The notes: generated by a model not told the origin, from the letters alone. A stretch of 64,000 nucleotides of DNA from Sphingomonas phyllosphaerae (GCA_036946405.1 JAQIJC010000001.1:3604609-3668608); one strand, 5' to 3'; positions 1 to 10,024 are shown, counted from the stretch's first letter. Made by a program: numbers and translations.

Positions 1-987
1 GTCGTTGTTGGTGACGTACAGCGCCGCGCCCCCCTCTCCGAACGCGGCGTTGGCGGCAGGCGTCGTCGTCTCGATCAGCCCGATCGGCTCGCCATCCGGG
101 GTCAGGAACATGATTCCGCCGGGCATCGAGCACACCAGGGTTCCGTCGCGCGCCACCTTCATCCCGTCGGGCAACCCCGGCTTGCCCTGCGCGTGCCACG
201 CCTTCGCCGACACCAGCACCCGCGAGGCGCGGGGCATCCCGTCGCGCCCGAGATCATAGGCGATCACGCGCGGATCGGCGGAGTCGGACACCGCGACGTA
301 CAGCCGCCGCTCGTCGGGCGACAGCGCGATGCCGTTGGGTCGCGTCAACGACCCGTCGACCAGCACCGCCTCGCCCCCCGCGCGCCAGCGATAGACGCCG
401 TTGACGCTCTGCTCCTTGGCCGGTGACCGATCGTCTCCTGCCAGGCCGTAGGGCGGATCGGTGAACCAGATCGCGCCGTCGCGCGCGACGTGCATGTCGT
501 TGGGGCTGTTGAACCTCTTGCCCTTGTACCGGTCGACCAGCACCGTGCGCGCCCGCGTCCTGAGATCGACGCGATCGATCGACCGCCCGCCGCTGTTGGC
601 GATCAGCAGCCGCCCGCCGCGATCGAGCGTCAGCCCGTTCGCGCCCGGCTCGCGCAGGACCGTTCGGTCGGGATTCGGCGCGCCCGACGGCGACAGGAAC
701 GTCGTCACGCCGCCGCCACGCGACCAGCGCCGCACGATATTGGCGGGCGGATCGGAAAACAGCAGGTAGCCGCCGTCCCGCGGCGCCCACACCGGCCCCT
801 CTGCCCATTGGATGCCGGTCGCGATCACCTCCACCCGCGTGCCCGGCGCGACGATGCGATCGAAGGCCGGGGTCAGCCGCCGCAGCACCACCGCCGGAGC
901 CGCATCCGCAAACCCCGTCAGCGCCGAACCCGCCAGACCCGCCAGCACCGCGCGCCGGCCCGGTCGGTGAGCGTCCATCGCCATCAT
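1..987 (-). CDS. SMP-30/gluconolactonase/LRE family protein (3' end runs off the left window edge)
   Basis: Absent from the ORF track because no stop lies in the window. My minus-strand translation from ATG 987 reads MMAMDAHRPGRRAVLAGLAG (twin-Arg-like signal) ...GPVWAPRDGGYLLFSDPP...FNSPNDMHVARDGAIWFTDPPYG...RPNGIALSPDERRLYVA...LPDGMKVARDG...AALYVTNND. These are typical lactonase propeller motifs. Confidence 0.8.
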   Translation of the reverse strand, partial: MMAMDAHRPGRRAVLAGLAGSALTGFADAAPAVVLRRLTPAFDRIVAPGTRVEVIATGIQWAEGPVWAPRDGGYLLFSDPPANIVRRWSRGGGVTTFLSPSGAPNPDRTVLREPGANGLTLDRGGRLLIANSGGRSIDRVDLRTRARTVLVDRYKGKRFNSPNDMHVARDGAIWFTDPPYGLAGDDRSPAKEQSVNGVYRWRAGGEAVLVDGSLTRPNGIALSPDERRLYVAVSDSADPRVIAYDLGRDGMPRASRVLVSAKAWHAQGKPGLPDGMKVARDGTLVCSMPGGIMFLTPDGEPIGLIETTTPAANAAFGEGGAALYVTNND

Positions 988-1064
988 CCTGCAATCCCCT
1001 CGACTTTTCGCGTCACCCGCACGCTCGCACGGATCGCGCGGCGCGCCAAACGGGTTCAGGCGCG

Positions 1065-1220
1065 ATGGCGCACAAGAAACCGCATCTGCCCGAAAAGATC
1101 TGTGCGAGCTGTCACCGCCCGTTCGCATGGCGCAAGAAGTGGGCGCGCGACTGGGACGCAGTCAAATATTGCTCGGACCGCTGCCGCGGCGTCGGCGAGC
1201 AGCCGGCGCGATCGCCCTGA
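1065..1220 (+). CDS. DUF2256-like small zinc-ribbon protein (51 aa)
   Basis: Below the ORF-track size cutoff. ATG 1065 to TGA 1218-1220 gives MAHKKPHLPEKICASCHRPFAWRKKWARDWDAVKYCSDRCRGVGEQPARSP. The CxxC...CxxxC pattern and WRKKWA..W..VKYCS..CR motif match my memory of DUF2256. Confidence 0.7.
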   Translation: MAHKKPHLPEKICASCHRPFAWRKKWARDWDAVKYCSDRCRGVGEQPARSP

Positions 1221-1271
1221 TCGCCACCCCGCCCCCTTCGACAATCCCTATCGGCGCCACCTTCGCCAACT

Positions 1272-2147
1272 TCACCGCGCGCCGCGCCGGTCGATCGACG
1301 TTAGCGCGCCGAGAAAGTTCGCGATCTCGCGCCGCCTCGCGTCGGTGTCCGCCAGTTCGCCGTCGACCCCCAGCCGCCACCGCAGTGACCGCTGGTCGGG
1401 CGCGTCATGCAGCGCCGCGAACACGTCGGCGCGCTCATCGACCTCCTCCGGCGTCTCCGCCAATCCGGCATCGACCAGCCCGTCCGCCTGCCGCCGCAGC
1501 GCGATCGCGACCTCCCGCAACGACAATTCCGGATGATATTGCACGCCCCAGAACACGCCCTTGTCGTGGCGGATCTCGGCGGCCTGCACTCGCGTCACCG
1601 CATTGCCCGCCAGCCGTGTCGCGCCCGGTGGCAATGTCTCGACCTCGTCGCCGTGGATCGCCGGCGCGTCCCACGTCGCGGCGCGCCCCGCCAGCAGCGG
1701 ATGCTCGCGTCCTTCGGCGGTCGCGACGATCCGCCGCGACAGCCCGGCCTCCATCCGCTCGGGCATCTTGCGCACCGTGCCGCCCGCCGCCGCCACCGCG
1801 ACCTGCAATCCGGCGCACGACCCGAACGATGGCGTTCCCGCCGCGAACACCGCACGCATGAACGCCAGTTGCCGGCGCACCTCGGGCGTGTCGTCATAGA
1901 CGTGCAGCGGCGAGCCGGTCAGGAACACCGCGTCATATTCCGCCAGCTGCTCGGGTGCGAAGGCCGGCGAATCGTCGTCGGCGGGCTGACAGATTTCGAT
2001 CGTCGCGCCGGGCATCATCTGTTCCAGCGTCTCGGCATAGCTCTCGCCCGAACTTTGCCCCGTATGCGCGCGACGCGCCTCGCGCTCCTCGGGAGTCTCG
2101 CTCTGCGCTATCAGAAATCGGGGCACGCTGGTCCACCTCGGGGTCAT
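1272..2147 (-). CDS. type 1 glutamine amidotransferase-like protein
   Basis: Part of ORF 1272..2366. Trimmed to internal ATG 2147 (MTPRWTSVPRFLIAQSE...). Has nucleophile elbow GSCAGLQ and downstream YHPE. The upstream 73 codons are Arg-rich and implausible. Confidence 0.85.
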   Translation of the reverse strand: MTPRWTSVPRFLIAQSETPEEREARRAHTGQSSGESYAETLEQMMPGATIEICQPADDDSPAFAPEQLAEYDAVFLTGSPLHVYDDTPEVRRQLAFMRAVFAAGTPSFGSCAGLQVAVAAAGGTVRKMPERMEAGLSRRIVATAEGREHPLLAGRAATWDAPAIHGDEVETLPPGATRLAGNAVTRVQAAEIRHDKGVFWGVQYHPELSLREVAIALRRQADGLVDAGLAETPEEVDERADVFAALHDAPDQRSLRWRLGVDGELADTDARRREIANFLGALTSIDRRGAR

Positions 2148-2287
2148 GTTCGGGAACCGCGCCAACGCTTCACGTCGCCGGAAGCCCCTGCCGGGCGATA
2201 TTCTTCTCCGGACAGCCACGCCTGTCATCAAGGCTCCACAAACAACGCCCATCCGCGCGCCGTCCCGGTCCGCGCAGATGAAGAGGC

Positions 2288-3883
2288 TTGCCCGTGCTCG
2301 TTTCCCGCCGTTCCCTGATCGTCGGCGCCGGTGCGCTGACCGCTGCACCGTTGTTCGCCGCCACAACCGAAGGCGCGCGCAGGTTCACCCATTCGGTCGC
2401 CAGCGGCGAGCCGGGCCCGGACTCGGTGCTGCTGTGGACGCGTTGCGTGATGGCGGGCGCGGGCGAAGTCACCGCCGAGATCGCCGAACAACCCGACATG
2501 AGCGGCGCGCGCGCGGTCGGCGCACAGATCACCGGTCCGTGGCGCGACTATACCGTGAAGCTCACCGCCGACGGGCTGGCCCCCGATCGCTGGTACTGGT
2601 TCCGCTTCATCGCCCCCGACGGCACGCGCTCGCCGATCGGGCGCACCCGCACCCTGCCCGCCGATGGCGTCCGGCCGTGGCGTGCCGCGATCTTCTCCTG
2701 CTCGAACATCGGCTATGGCTTCTTCAACGCTTATGCCCATGCCGCGGCGCGCGACGATCTCGACTGCTCGATCCACCTCGGCGACTATTTCTACGAATAT
2801 GCGCCCGATCATTATCCGACGAACGGCCAACTGGTCCCCGGTCGCCTGCCGCAACCGCTCGCCGAGACGATCCATCTTGACGATTATCGCCAGCGCTTCG
2901 CCAGCTATCGCGCCGACCCCGACCTCCAGGCGCTCCACGCGCGGTTGCCGATGATCGCGCAATGGGACGATCACGAAAGCGCCAACGACAGCTGGGAGGG
3001 CGGCGCGCAGAACCACGATCTCGCGACCGAGGGCGACTGGAACCAGCGCCGCGCGGCCTCGATCCAGGCGTATCGCGAATGGATGCCGGTGTCCGACGAA
3101 CCGTGGAAAAGCTATGACATCGGCGCGCTTGCGACGCTGTTCCGCACCGAGACGCGCCTCCTCGGGCGCACCCAGCAGCCCGACCTCGACGCGCTGTTCA
3201 AGTCGAGCGACCCCGCCGCCGCCCTGCGCGCGTTCCGGGACGGCGCGTGGCAGGATCCGGGTGCCACGATGATGGGGTGGCAGCAGGAAAGCTGGCTGAA
3301 CCACGCGCTCGCCGCCTCGGTGCGCAGCGGACGACGCTGGCAGGTCGTCGGCTTCGGCACGATCATGGGACAGACCGTGATGCCCGCCGATGCGCAGACA
3401 TGGGTCGCCCCCAACTCCAACCGCTACGTCACCACCGGCATCGCCGCCGCACAGGCCGGGCTGCCGTTCAACTTCGACAATTGGGGCGGCTATCCCGCCG
3501 CGCGTGCGCGCTTCCTGCGGCGGGTCCAGCAGCTCGGCGGCAGCACAGTGCTGATCTCGGGCGACAGCCACAACGCCTGGGCGTACGACCTCGCGCAGGA
3601 CGGCCATGCCGCAGCGGTCGAGTTCGCCGGCCACAGCGTCACCTCGCCGGGCTTCGAAAGCGCCTCGACGTACGATCCGCGCCGCATCGCCGCCGATCTG
3701 GTGCGCGCCAATCCCGAGCTGAAATGGTGCGACACGTCGCGCCGCGGCTATATGGCGCTGACGATCGCGCCCGATCGCGTCCGCAACGACTGGATCATGG
3801 TCGACACGATCACGAAGCGCACCCCCGGCGCGACGATCGGTTATTCGGCGACGGTCGCACGCGGCCGCAACGTGATGGCGTAG
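2288..3883 (+). CDS. phoD: alkaline phosphatase D family protein with Tat signal
   Basis: 531-aa ORF. N-terminus (M)PVLVSRRSLIVGAGALTAAPLFA is a twin-arginine signal. PhoD-type metallophosphatase motifs are present (HLGDYFYEY, WDDHESAND, ISGDSHNAW). The start is TTG 2288, or GTG 2294 preceded by GAAGAGG. Confidence 0.9.
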   Translation: MPVLVSRRSLIVGAGALTAAPLFAATTEGARRFTHSVASGEPGPDSVLLWTRCVMAGAGEVTAEIAEQPDMSGARAVGAQITGPWRDYTVKLTADGLAPDRWYWFRFIAPDGTRSPIGRTRTLPADGVRPWRAAIFSCSNIGYGFFNAYAHAAARDDLDCSIHLGDYFYEYAPDHYPTNGQLVPGRLPQPLAETIHLDDYRQRFASYRADPDLQALHARLPMIAQWDDHESANDSWEGGAQNHDLATEGDWNQRRAASIQAYREWMPVSDEPWKSYDIGALATLFRTETRLLGRTQQPDLDALFKSSDPAAALRAFRDGAWQDPGATMMGWQQESWLNHALAASVRSGRRWQVVGFGTIMGQTVMPADAQTWVAPNSNRYVTTGIAAAQAGLPFNFDNWGGYPAARARFLRRVQQLGGSTVLISGDSHNAWAYDLAQDGHAAAVEFAGHSVTSPGFESASTYDPRRIAADLVRANPELKWCDTSRRGYMALTIAPDRVRNDWIMVDTITKRTPGATIGYSATVARGRNVMA

Positions 3884-3892
3884 CACCGCCCC

Positions 3893-3989
3893 CGTCATTC
3901 CCGCGAAGGCGGGAATCCAGACGCGCAGGTCCGTCGACAGACGCGCAACCGTCAGAGGTTCTGGATTCCCGCCTTCGCGGGAATGACGG
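3893..3989. repeat. Hairpin repeat, family A
   Basis: CGTCATTCCCGCGAAGGCGGGAATCCAG ... CTGGATTCCCGCCTTCGCGGGAATGACGG forms inverted arms. A second, near-identical copy lies at 16783..16876. Confidence 0.85.
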
Positions 3990-4048
3990 AGCGGCGGGCA
4001 GTCACGCACAAATGCCACACAATCCGACAATTAATGCGACCCGCTCCG

Positions 4049-4077
4049 CCGTCACGAACCTGCAACCAATCGGTCAC
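4049..4077 (+). promoter_or_regulatory. Pho-box-like triple direct repeat upstream of the TonB-dependent receptor operon
   Basis: CCGTCAC-gaac-CTGCAAC-caat-CGGTCAC is three 7-mers in 11-bp register. They resemble the PhoB consensus CTGTCAT-N4-CTGTCAY. The array ends 76 bp upstream of ATG 4153. Confidence 0.45.
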
Positions 4078-4152
4078 GCGGACGAAAAGAGCAGCGCCCA
4101 AAGGCGCGGTAACGACGACCGTTAAAGGTCGCGTCACCAAAGGGAAAAGATC

Positions 4153-6465
4153 ATGCTCCGTTCGATGCTGCTCGCCGGCAGTGCGCTGTTCGCCGTGACC
4201 GCGACCCCGGCTTTCGCCGCCGATACGCCACCCGCCGCTGATCCCGCCACGGACACCCCCGCCGACACGCAGGGCAGCGAGGTCGTCGTGCTCGGCTTCG
4301 GACAGGCGCGGCAGGTGCAGACGATCACCGCCGCCGACATTGAACGCCAGACCCCCGGCACCACCCCGCTCAAGGCGCTCGCCAAGCTGCCGGGCGTCAA
4401 TTTCCAGTCAGCCGACGCGTTCGGGGCGTATGAATGGTCGAGCCGCATCTCGCTGCGTGGGTTCAACCAAAACCAGCTCGGCTTCACGCTCGACGGCATC
4501 CCGCTCGGCGACATGAGCTACGGCAACGCCAACGGCCTGCACATCAGCCGCGCGATCATCTCCGAGAACGTCGACGCCACCACCGTCGCGCAGGGTGCGG
4601 GCGCGCTGGGCGAGGCGTCGACCTCCAACCTCGGCGGCACGCTGCAATTCACCTCGCGTCGCCCGTCCGACGCATTCGGAATCGCCGCCTCCGGCACCTA
4701 TGGCTCGAACGACACGTACCGCGGCTTCGTGCGCGTCGACAGCGGCGACATCACCGGCAGCGGGCTGCGCGGCTATCTCAGCTACGGCTATCTGGAGGCC
4801 GGCAAGTGGAAGGGTGACGGCGTCCAGCGGCAGCATCAGGCGAACGCGAAGCTGGTGCAGGATTTCGGCGCACGCGGTTCGATCACCGCCTTCTTCAACT
4901 TTTCGGATCGCCGCGAGAACGACTATCAGGACCTCAGCCTCGAAATGATCCGGCGGCTGGGCTATGACGCCGACAATCTCAACCCCGATTACGCGACCGC
5001 GCTGCGCCTGGGCCAGGTCTATTGGAACCAGCAGACGCGCGCCGCCTCGGCGACCGCGACGCTCCCCTATCCCGGCGCCGGGCTCACCTATCCGTCACCC
5101 TATACCTCGGTCGACGATGCCTATTTCGACGCCGCCGGACTGCGCCGCGATTACCTGACCGGAATCACGATGAACGCGCCGGTCAATGACGCGGTCTCCT
5201 TCGCGATGACCGGCTATTATCATGGCAACGAGGGTCAGGGCGTGTGGGTCACGCCTTACGTCCGCACGCCGGGCGGTTCGGTCCTGTCGATCCGTACCAC
5301 CGAATATGCCATCGACCGCTTCGGCTCGATCGCGCGCGTGTCGGTGGAAACCGGTGCGAACCATCTCGAGGTGGGCGGCTGGTTCGAGGCGAACGGCTTC
5401 CGCCAGGCGCGCCGGTTCTACGGCTTGGCCGATCAGTCGACTCCGTCGCGCAAGGTGCTGTCGTTCCAGCGCGATCCGTTCGCAACCCAGTTCGACGTCG
5501 ACTTCCAGACCGACACGACGATGTATTACGTCAGCGATCGGCTGACGCTCGGACAGCTCACGCTGACCGGGGGCTGGAAGGGCTATCAGGTCGTCAACAA
5601 GGCGACGCCGCTGGTCGGCACGCTCGCCAGCGGCACGATCGATGCGAAGGACTGGTTTCTGCCACAGGTCGGCGCAGTCTATGGCTTCGGCGCGGCCGAG
5701 GCGTTCGTCACTTATACCGAGAACATGCGCGCCTTCGTCTCCTCGGCGACCGGTGCCTCGCCGTTCGCGACCACGCAGCAGGGCTTCGACGCGATCCGCG
5801 GCCGGTTGCGCCCCGAACGTTCGAAGACCGCCGAGGCCGGCGTGCGCTTCCGCGCCGGCGGGTTCCAGGGGTCGATCGCGGGCTATTACGTCGACTTCGC
5901 GAACCGTCTGCTCGCCTATACCAACGGCGCCGGGATCGTCGGCAATCCGGTGACGCTCCAGAACGTCGGCGGGGTCGAGAATTACGGCGCCGAGGCGACC
6001 GCGCTCTACAGGATCGCGCGCCCGCTCTCGATCTTCGCTTCCTATTCGTACAACCATTCCGAATATAAGGACGACGTGCTCGGCGCGAACGGCGCGCTCA
6101 TCACCGCGACGCGCGGCAGGACCGTGGTCGACAGCCCGCGCCACATGGCCAAGGGCGAGGTCGTCTATGACGACGGCCGCTTTCTCGCCCGGGTCGGCGC
6201 CGATTACATGAGCAAGCGCTACTTCACCTACACCAACGACCAGTCGGTCGGCGACCGGGTGCTGGTCGATGCGACGATCGGCTATACGATCGGCGACCTC
6301 GGCGGGCTGCACGGGGTGCGTATCGAGGGCAGCGCGACCAACCTGCTCGACAAGCGCTACGTCTCGACGATCGGCTCGAACGGCTACGGCGGCAGCGGCG
6401 ACAACCAGACGCTGCTCGCCGGCGCACCGCGCCAGTTCTTCGTGTCGCTGCGCACCGGCCTCTGA
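4153..6465 (+). CDS. TonB-dependent receptor
   Basis: 770 aa. Signal peptide MLRSMLLAGSALFAVTATPAFA, plug-domain motifs (PGVNF...ISLRGF...LDGIPLGD), and a long beta-barrel with a C-terminal hydrophobic strand. Confidence 0.9.
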   Translation: MLRSMLLAGSALFAVTATPAFAADTPPAADPATDTPADTQGSEVVVLGFGQARQVQTITAADIERQTPGTTPLKALAKLPGVNFQSADAFGAYEWSSRISLRGFNQNQLGFTLDGIPLGDMSYGNANGLHISRAIISENVDATTVAQGAGALGEASTSNLGGTLQFTSRRPSDAFGIAASGTYGSNDTYRGFVRVDSGDITGSGLRGYLSYGYLEAGKWKGDGVQRQHQANAKLVQDFGARGSITAFFNFSDRRENDYQDLSLEMIRRLGYDADNLNPDYATALRLGQVYWNQQTRAASATATLPYPGAGLTYPSPYTSVDDAYFDAAGLRRDYLTGITMNAPVNDAVSFAMTGYYHGNEGQGVWVTPYVRTPGGSVLSIRTTEYAIDRFGSIARVSVETGANHLEVGGWFEANGFRQARRFYGLADQSTPSRKVLSFQRDPFATQFDVDFQTDTTMYYVSDRLTLGQLTLTGGWKGYQVVNKATPLVGTLASGTIDAKDWFLPQVGAVYGFGAAEAFVTYTENMRAFVSSATGASPFATTQQGFDAIRGRLRPERSKTAEAGVRFRAGGFQGSIAGYYVDFANRLLAYTNGAGIVGNPVTLQNVGGVENYGAEATALYRIARPLSIFASYSYNHSEYKDDVLGANGALITATRGRTVVDSPRHMAKGEVVYDDGRFLARVGADYMSKRYFTYTNDQSVGDRVLVDATIGYTIGDLGGLHGVRIEGSATNLLDKRYVSTIGSNGYGGSGDNQTLLAGAPRQFFVSLRTGL

Positions 6466-6481
6466 TCGAAAGTCCCAACCC

Positions 6482-8893
6482 ATGCGTTCTCTCCTGACGG
6501 CGGGCGTCGCTCCGCTCGCGCTCGTCCTCGCGCTGCCGGCCGCCGCGCAAAGCGTCGCCCCCGCTACCGCCGCCACCGACGCAGCGCCGGCCGGTGACGA
6601 CATCATCGTCACCGGCACCGCCACCCGCGCGGTCGCGCAGATCACCAATGTCGAGATCCAGAAGGTGCTGCCCGGCATCAGCCCGCTCAAGGCGCTCCAG
6701 ACTCTGCCCGGCGTCACCTATCTGACCGCCGATCCATGGGGCAACAACGAGCAGAACATCTCGCTGTTCGTCCACGGCTTCAACGCGCAGCAGCTCGGCT
6801 ATACGCTCGACGGCGTCCCGCTCGGCGACCAGCAATACGGCAATTACAACGGCCTCAGCCCACAGCGCGCGACGATCTCGGAGAATGTCGGCCGCGTCGT
6901 GCTCGCCTCGGGCGCGGGCGATCTCGGCACCGCCTCGACCAGCAATCTCGGCGGGACGATCGACACCTTCACCAACGATCCGAAGCCGGAGTTCGGCATC
7001 TCCGCGGCGCAGACCGTCGGAAGCTACGCGGCGACGCGCAGCTACGTCCGCCTCGACAGTGGCGACATCGGTCAGAACACACGCTTCTACATTTCGGGTG
7101 TCCGCCAGCGCGCGCGGGCCTGGGACTTCGCGGGCTATCAGAAGGGCTGGCAGGGCAATGCCAAGCTCGTCCACGACGACGCGACCGGCAAGCTGACCGC
7201 CTATTTCGCCTATTCCGACAAGGCCGAGCCCAACGAGGACGCGACCGTCGTCTCCGCGACCCAGACGTACCAGCCGTACATCCGCCCGTTCCTCTACCCG
7301 AACTTCGCGGGGATGCAGGCGTATCTCGCCAACCAGCTGCCGTACAACAACGCCGCCAGCTATGCGGCATCGGGGTCGAACTACAGCAATTACTATAGCG
7401 CCGCGCTACGCACCGACTATCTCGGCTATCTGAAATACGACTGGAACGTCACCGACCGCGTGACCTTCTCCAACCAGGCGTATTTCCACCACAACGACGG
7501 CGTCGGCATCGTCGCCGGCCCGATCACCGTCGCCGGGCTGCCGCAGCTCTTCTCCTTCTATTACCCCGGCGTCGCGGGCAGCAGCCCCACCTCGGCGGCG
7601 AACCTCGCGCGGCTGTCGACGATCTTCGGCGGCTCCGGCCTGGCGACGCGCACCACCGAATATCGCATCGACCGCGTCGGCGGCATTTCGACGCTGCGCG
7701 CCGAACTCGGCGACCACACGATCGAGCTGGGCGGCTGGTACGAGCATCAAAGCTCCGCCGCCTACCGCCGCTGGTACGCGCTCGACGTCAACAATCCATC
7801 CTCGCCCTATGAGCGCCCGCTCGACCTCGCCAGGCCGCTCATCACGCAATATGGCAGCGAGATCCGGGTGACCGAGATCCAGGCGCACCTTCAGGACGCG
7901 TGGAAGATCGTTCCCACGCTGACGCTGCAGGCCGGGTTCAAGAGCACCTTCCAGCATGCGCGCCAGCGCGTGCCGGTGCAGCCGATCCCCGGTTCGTTCA
8001 CCGGCTCGCGCGAGCTGCCGGTCGGGCGGATCAACACCGACGAATGGTTCCTGCCGCAGGTCGGCGCATTGTGGGATGCGACCGACCACGAACAGCTGTT
8101 CGTCAACGCGCAGAAAAACATCCGCCAGTTCCAGACGAGCGCCGCCGCAGGCCTTTCGCCGTTCGCGCTCGGCAGCCAGACGCTGTTCGAATTCTTCAAG
8201 AGCAATACCAAGCCCGAAACCAGCTGGACCTATGAAGCCGGCCTCCGCACCCGCCGCCCGCTCGATCTCGGGCCGCTAACCGGGTTCGAGGGTCAGATCA
8301 GTTACTATCACGTCGATTTCTCGAACCGGCTGCTCGCGATCAGCCCGACCACCACGATTACCGCGATCATCAGCGGCGCACCGATCATCGCCAATGTCGG
8401 CAGCGTGCGGACCGACGGCGTCGACGCGGCGGCGACGCTGCGCTTCGGCGACCGCTTCTCGCTCTACAATGCGCTGTCGTACAACAACTCGCGCTACGCC
8501 GATAACTACACGGTCGGCGCGGCGCAGACCGTCGTGCCGACCGCCGGCAAGAAAGTCCCCGGCTCGCCCGACTGGCTCAACAAGACCGTCGCGACGCTTC
8601 ACGGTAACGGAGTGGAGCTGCAACTGATCGGCGACTATATCGGTCGTCGCTATGCCACGTTCACGAACGATCTGAAGGTGCCGGGCTATTTCACGCTCTC
8701 CGGGCGGATCGGCTTCGACATGCCGCTGTCGGGCGAGGGTCTGGCGAAGAAGCTGAACGTCAGCCTCAACGTCATCAACATCACCGACAAGAAGGCCTAT
8801 TCGACGATCAGCGTCGGCGCGGCATCTGGGACGTACAATTTCTTCCCGCTCGCGCCGCGTCAGGCGTTCGTCACGCTTAGCGCGGGCTTCTGA
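6482..8893 (+). CDS. TonB-dependent receptor (tandem paralog)
   Basis: ORF 6269..8893 trimmed to ATG 6482 (MRSLLTAGVAPLALVLALPAAAQS). Plug motifs DDIIVTG...LPGVTY...VHGFN...LDGVPLGD. C-terminal ...FVTLSAGF. Starts 16 nt after the previous stop. Confidence 0.9.
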   Translation: MRSLLTAGVAPLALVLALPAAAQSVAPATAATDAAPAGDDIIVTGTATRAVAQITNVEIQKVLPGISPLKALQTLPGVTYLTADPWGNNEQNISLFVHGFNAQQLGYTLDGVPLGDQQYGNYNGLSPQRATISENVGRVVLASGAGDLGTASTSNLGGTIDTFTNDPKPEFGISAAQTVGSYAATRSYVRLDSGDIGQNTRFYISGVRQRARAWDFAGYQKGWQGNAKLVHDDATGKLTAYFAYSDKAEPNEDATVVSATQTYQPYIRPFLYPNFAGMQAYLANQLPYNNAASYAASGSNYSNYYSAALRTDYLGYLKYDWNVTDRVTFSNQAYFHHNDGVGIVAGPITVAGLPQLFSFYYPGVAGSSPTSAANLARLSTIFGGSGLATRTTEYRIDRVGGISTLRAELGDHTIELGGWYEHQSSAAYRRWYALDVNNPSSPYERPLDLARPLITQYGSEIRVTEIQAHLQDAWKIVPTLTLQAGFKSTFQHARQRVPVQPIPGSFTGSRELPVGRINTDEWFLPQVGALWDATDHEQLFVNAQKNIRQFQTSAAAGLSPFALGSQTLFEFFKSNTKPETSWTYEAGLRTRRPLDLGPLTGFEGQISYYHVDFSNRLLAISPTTTITAIISGAPIIANVGSVRTDGVDAAATLRFGDRFSLYNALSYNNSRYADNYTVGAAQTVVPTAGKKVPGSPDWLNKTVATLHGNGVELQLIGDYIGRRYATFTNDLKVPGYFTLSGRIGFDMPLSGEGLAKKLNVSLNVINITDKKAYSTISVGAASGTYNFFPLAPRQAFVTLSAGF

Positions 8894-8895
8894 GC

Positions 8896-9990
8896 GTGAT
8901 GACGCGCCGCGCCGCCCTCGGGTCCGCGATCGCTTTGGGGGTGGCCTCCACCGCCGGCGCGGCGTCGACCGCGAAAAAGCCGCTGGTGTTCGCGCACCGC
9001 GGCGCCTCGGCATTGCGCCCCGAACATACGCTCGGCGCCTATGCCAAGGCGATCGCGGACGGCGCCGACTTCATCGAGCCCGATCTGGTCCCGACGAAGG
9101 ACGGCGTGCTGGTCGCGCGGCACGAGAACAACATCGTCGAGACGACCGATGTCGCCGATCACCCGGAATTCGCGCCGCGCCGCACGACGAAGACGATCGA
9201 CGGCGAGCCGCAGACCGGCTGGTTCACCGAGGATTTCACGCTCGCCGAGCTGAAGACGCTCCGCGCCAAGGAACGGCTCGGCACGGTCCGCCCCGAAAGC
9301 CGCAGCTATGACGGCCAGTTCCAGATCGTCACGCTCGACGAGGTCATCGACTTCGCCGCGGCCGAGGCGGCGGCGCGCGGGCGAACGATCGGGCTGGTGC
9401 CCGAGTTGAAGCACTCGACCTATTTCGCGTGGCTGGGGCTGCCGGTCGAGGACCGCTTCCTCGCGGTGCTCGCCGCGCACGCTTATACCCGTCGCGCCCC
9501 GGTGCAATTGCAGTCGTTCGAGGTCGCCAACCTGCGCTACGTTCGCGGAAAGCTGCCGAAGGGCGGCAACCTCCGGCTCGTCCAGCTGATCGGCGATCCG
9601 ACGCAGAAGCCGGCGGATGTGGCGAAAGCCGGCGGCACGCTCGACTATCGCACGATGGTGTCGCCCGCCGGGCTTCGCGAAATCGCGCGCTACGCCGACA
9701 TCGTCGCGCCGAACACGCGGATGCTGATCCCGCTCGCCGCCGACGGACGGCTCGGCGCGCCGACCAATCTGGTCGCCGAAGCACATGCCGCCGGGCTGGA
9801 GGTCTGCCCCTGGACTTTCCGTCCCGAGAACCGCTTCCTCGCCGCCGACTTCCGCAGCACCGCCGGGCCGGACGCGCGCCACGATGCCGGCTCGGTGGTC
9901 GAAATGCGCCGCTACATCGCACTCGGCATCGACTCGTTCTTCACCGACGATCCCGCGCTCGGGCGGCGGGCGGTGGACGGCGACCGATAA
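8896..9990 (+). CDS. glpQ: glycerophosphodiester phosphodiesterase with Tat signal
   Basis: (V)MTRRAALGSAIALGVASTAGAAS, then FAHRGASALRPEHTLGAYAKAIADGADFIEPDLVPTKDGVLVARHE (GDPD catalytic motifs). Start is GTG 8896 or ATG 8899, 2-5 nt after the receptor stop. Confidence 0.9.
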   Translation: MMTRRAALGSAIALGVASTAGAASTAKKPLVFAHRGASALRPEHTLGAYAKAIADGADFIEPDLVPTKDGVLVARHENNIVETTDVADHPEFAPRRTTKTIDGEPQTGWFTEDFTLAELKTLRAKERLGTVRPESRSYDGQFQIVTLDEVIDFAAAEAAARGRTIGLVPELKHSTYFAWLGLPVEDRFLAVLAAHAYTRRAPVQLQSFEVANLRYVRGKLPKGGNLRLVQLIGDPTQKPADVAKAGGTLDYRTMVSPAGLREIARYADIVAPNTRMLIPLAADGRLGAPTNLVAEAHAAGLEVCPWTFRPENRFLAADFRSTAGPDARHDAGSVVEMRRYIALGIDSFFTDDPALGRRAVDGDR

Positions 9991-9995
9991 AGCGG

Positions 9996-10024
9996 TTGCG
10001 CGAAAGGCGTCCGGCTCGTATATT
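9996..10024 (+). promoter_or_regulatory. possible sigma70-type promoter TTGCGC-N17-TATATT
   Basis: Read directly from the sequence. It lies about 120 nt upstream of ATG 10145. No other support. Confidence 0.3.

Noticed and set aside
254-1861. Long Arg/Ala/Pro-rich ORFs (254..994 minus, 490..1536 plus, 1127..1861 plus and similar)
   Set aside because: These are shadow ORFs typical of very GC-rich DNA. They overlap, in other frames, genes with clear motifs (lactonase, DUF2256, GATase). Their composition is implausible for real proteins.
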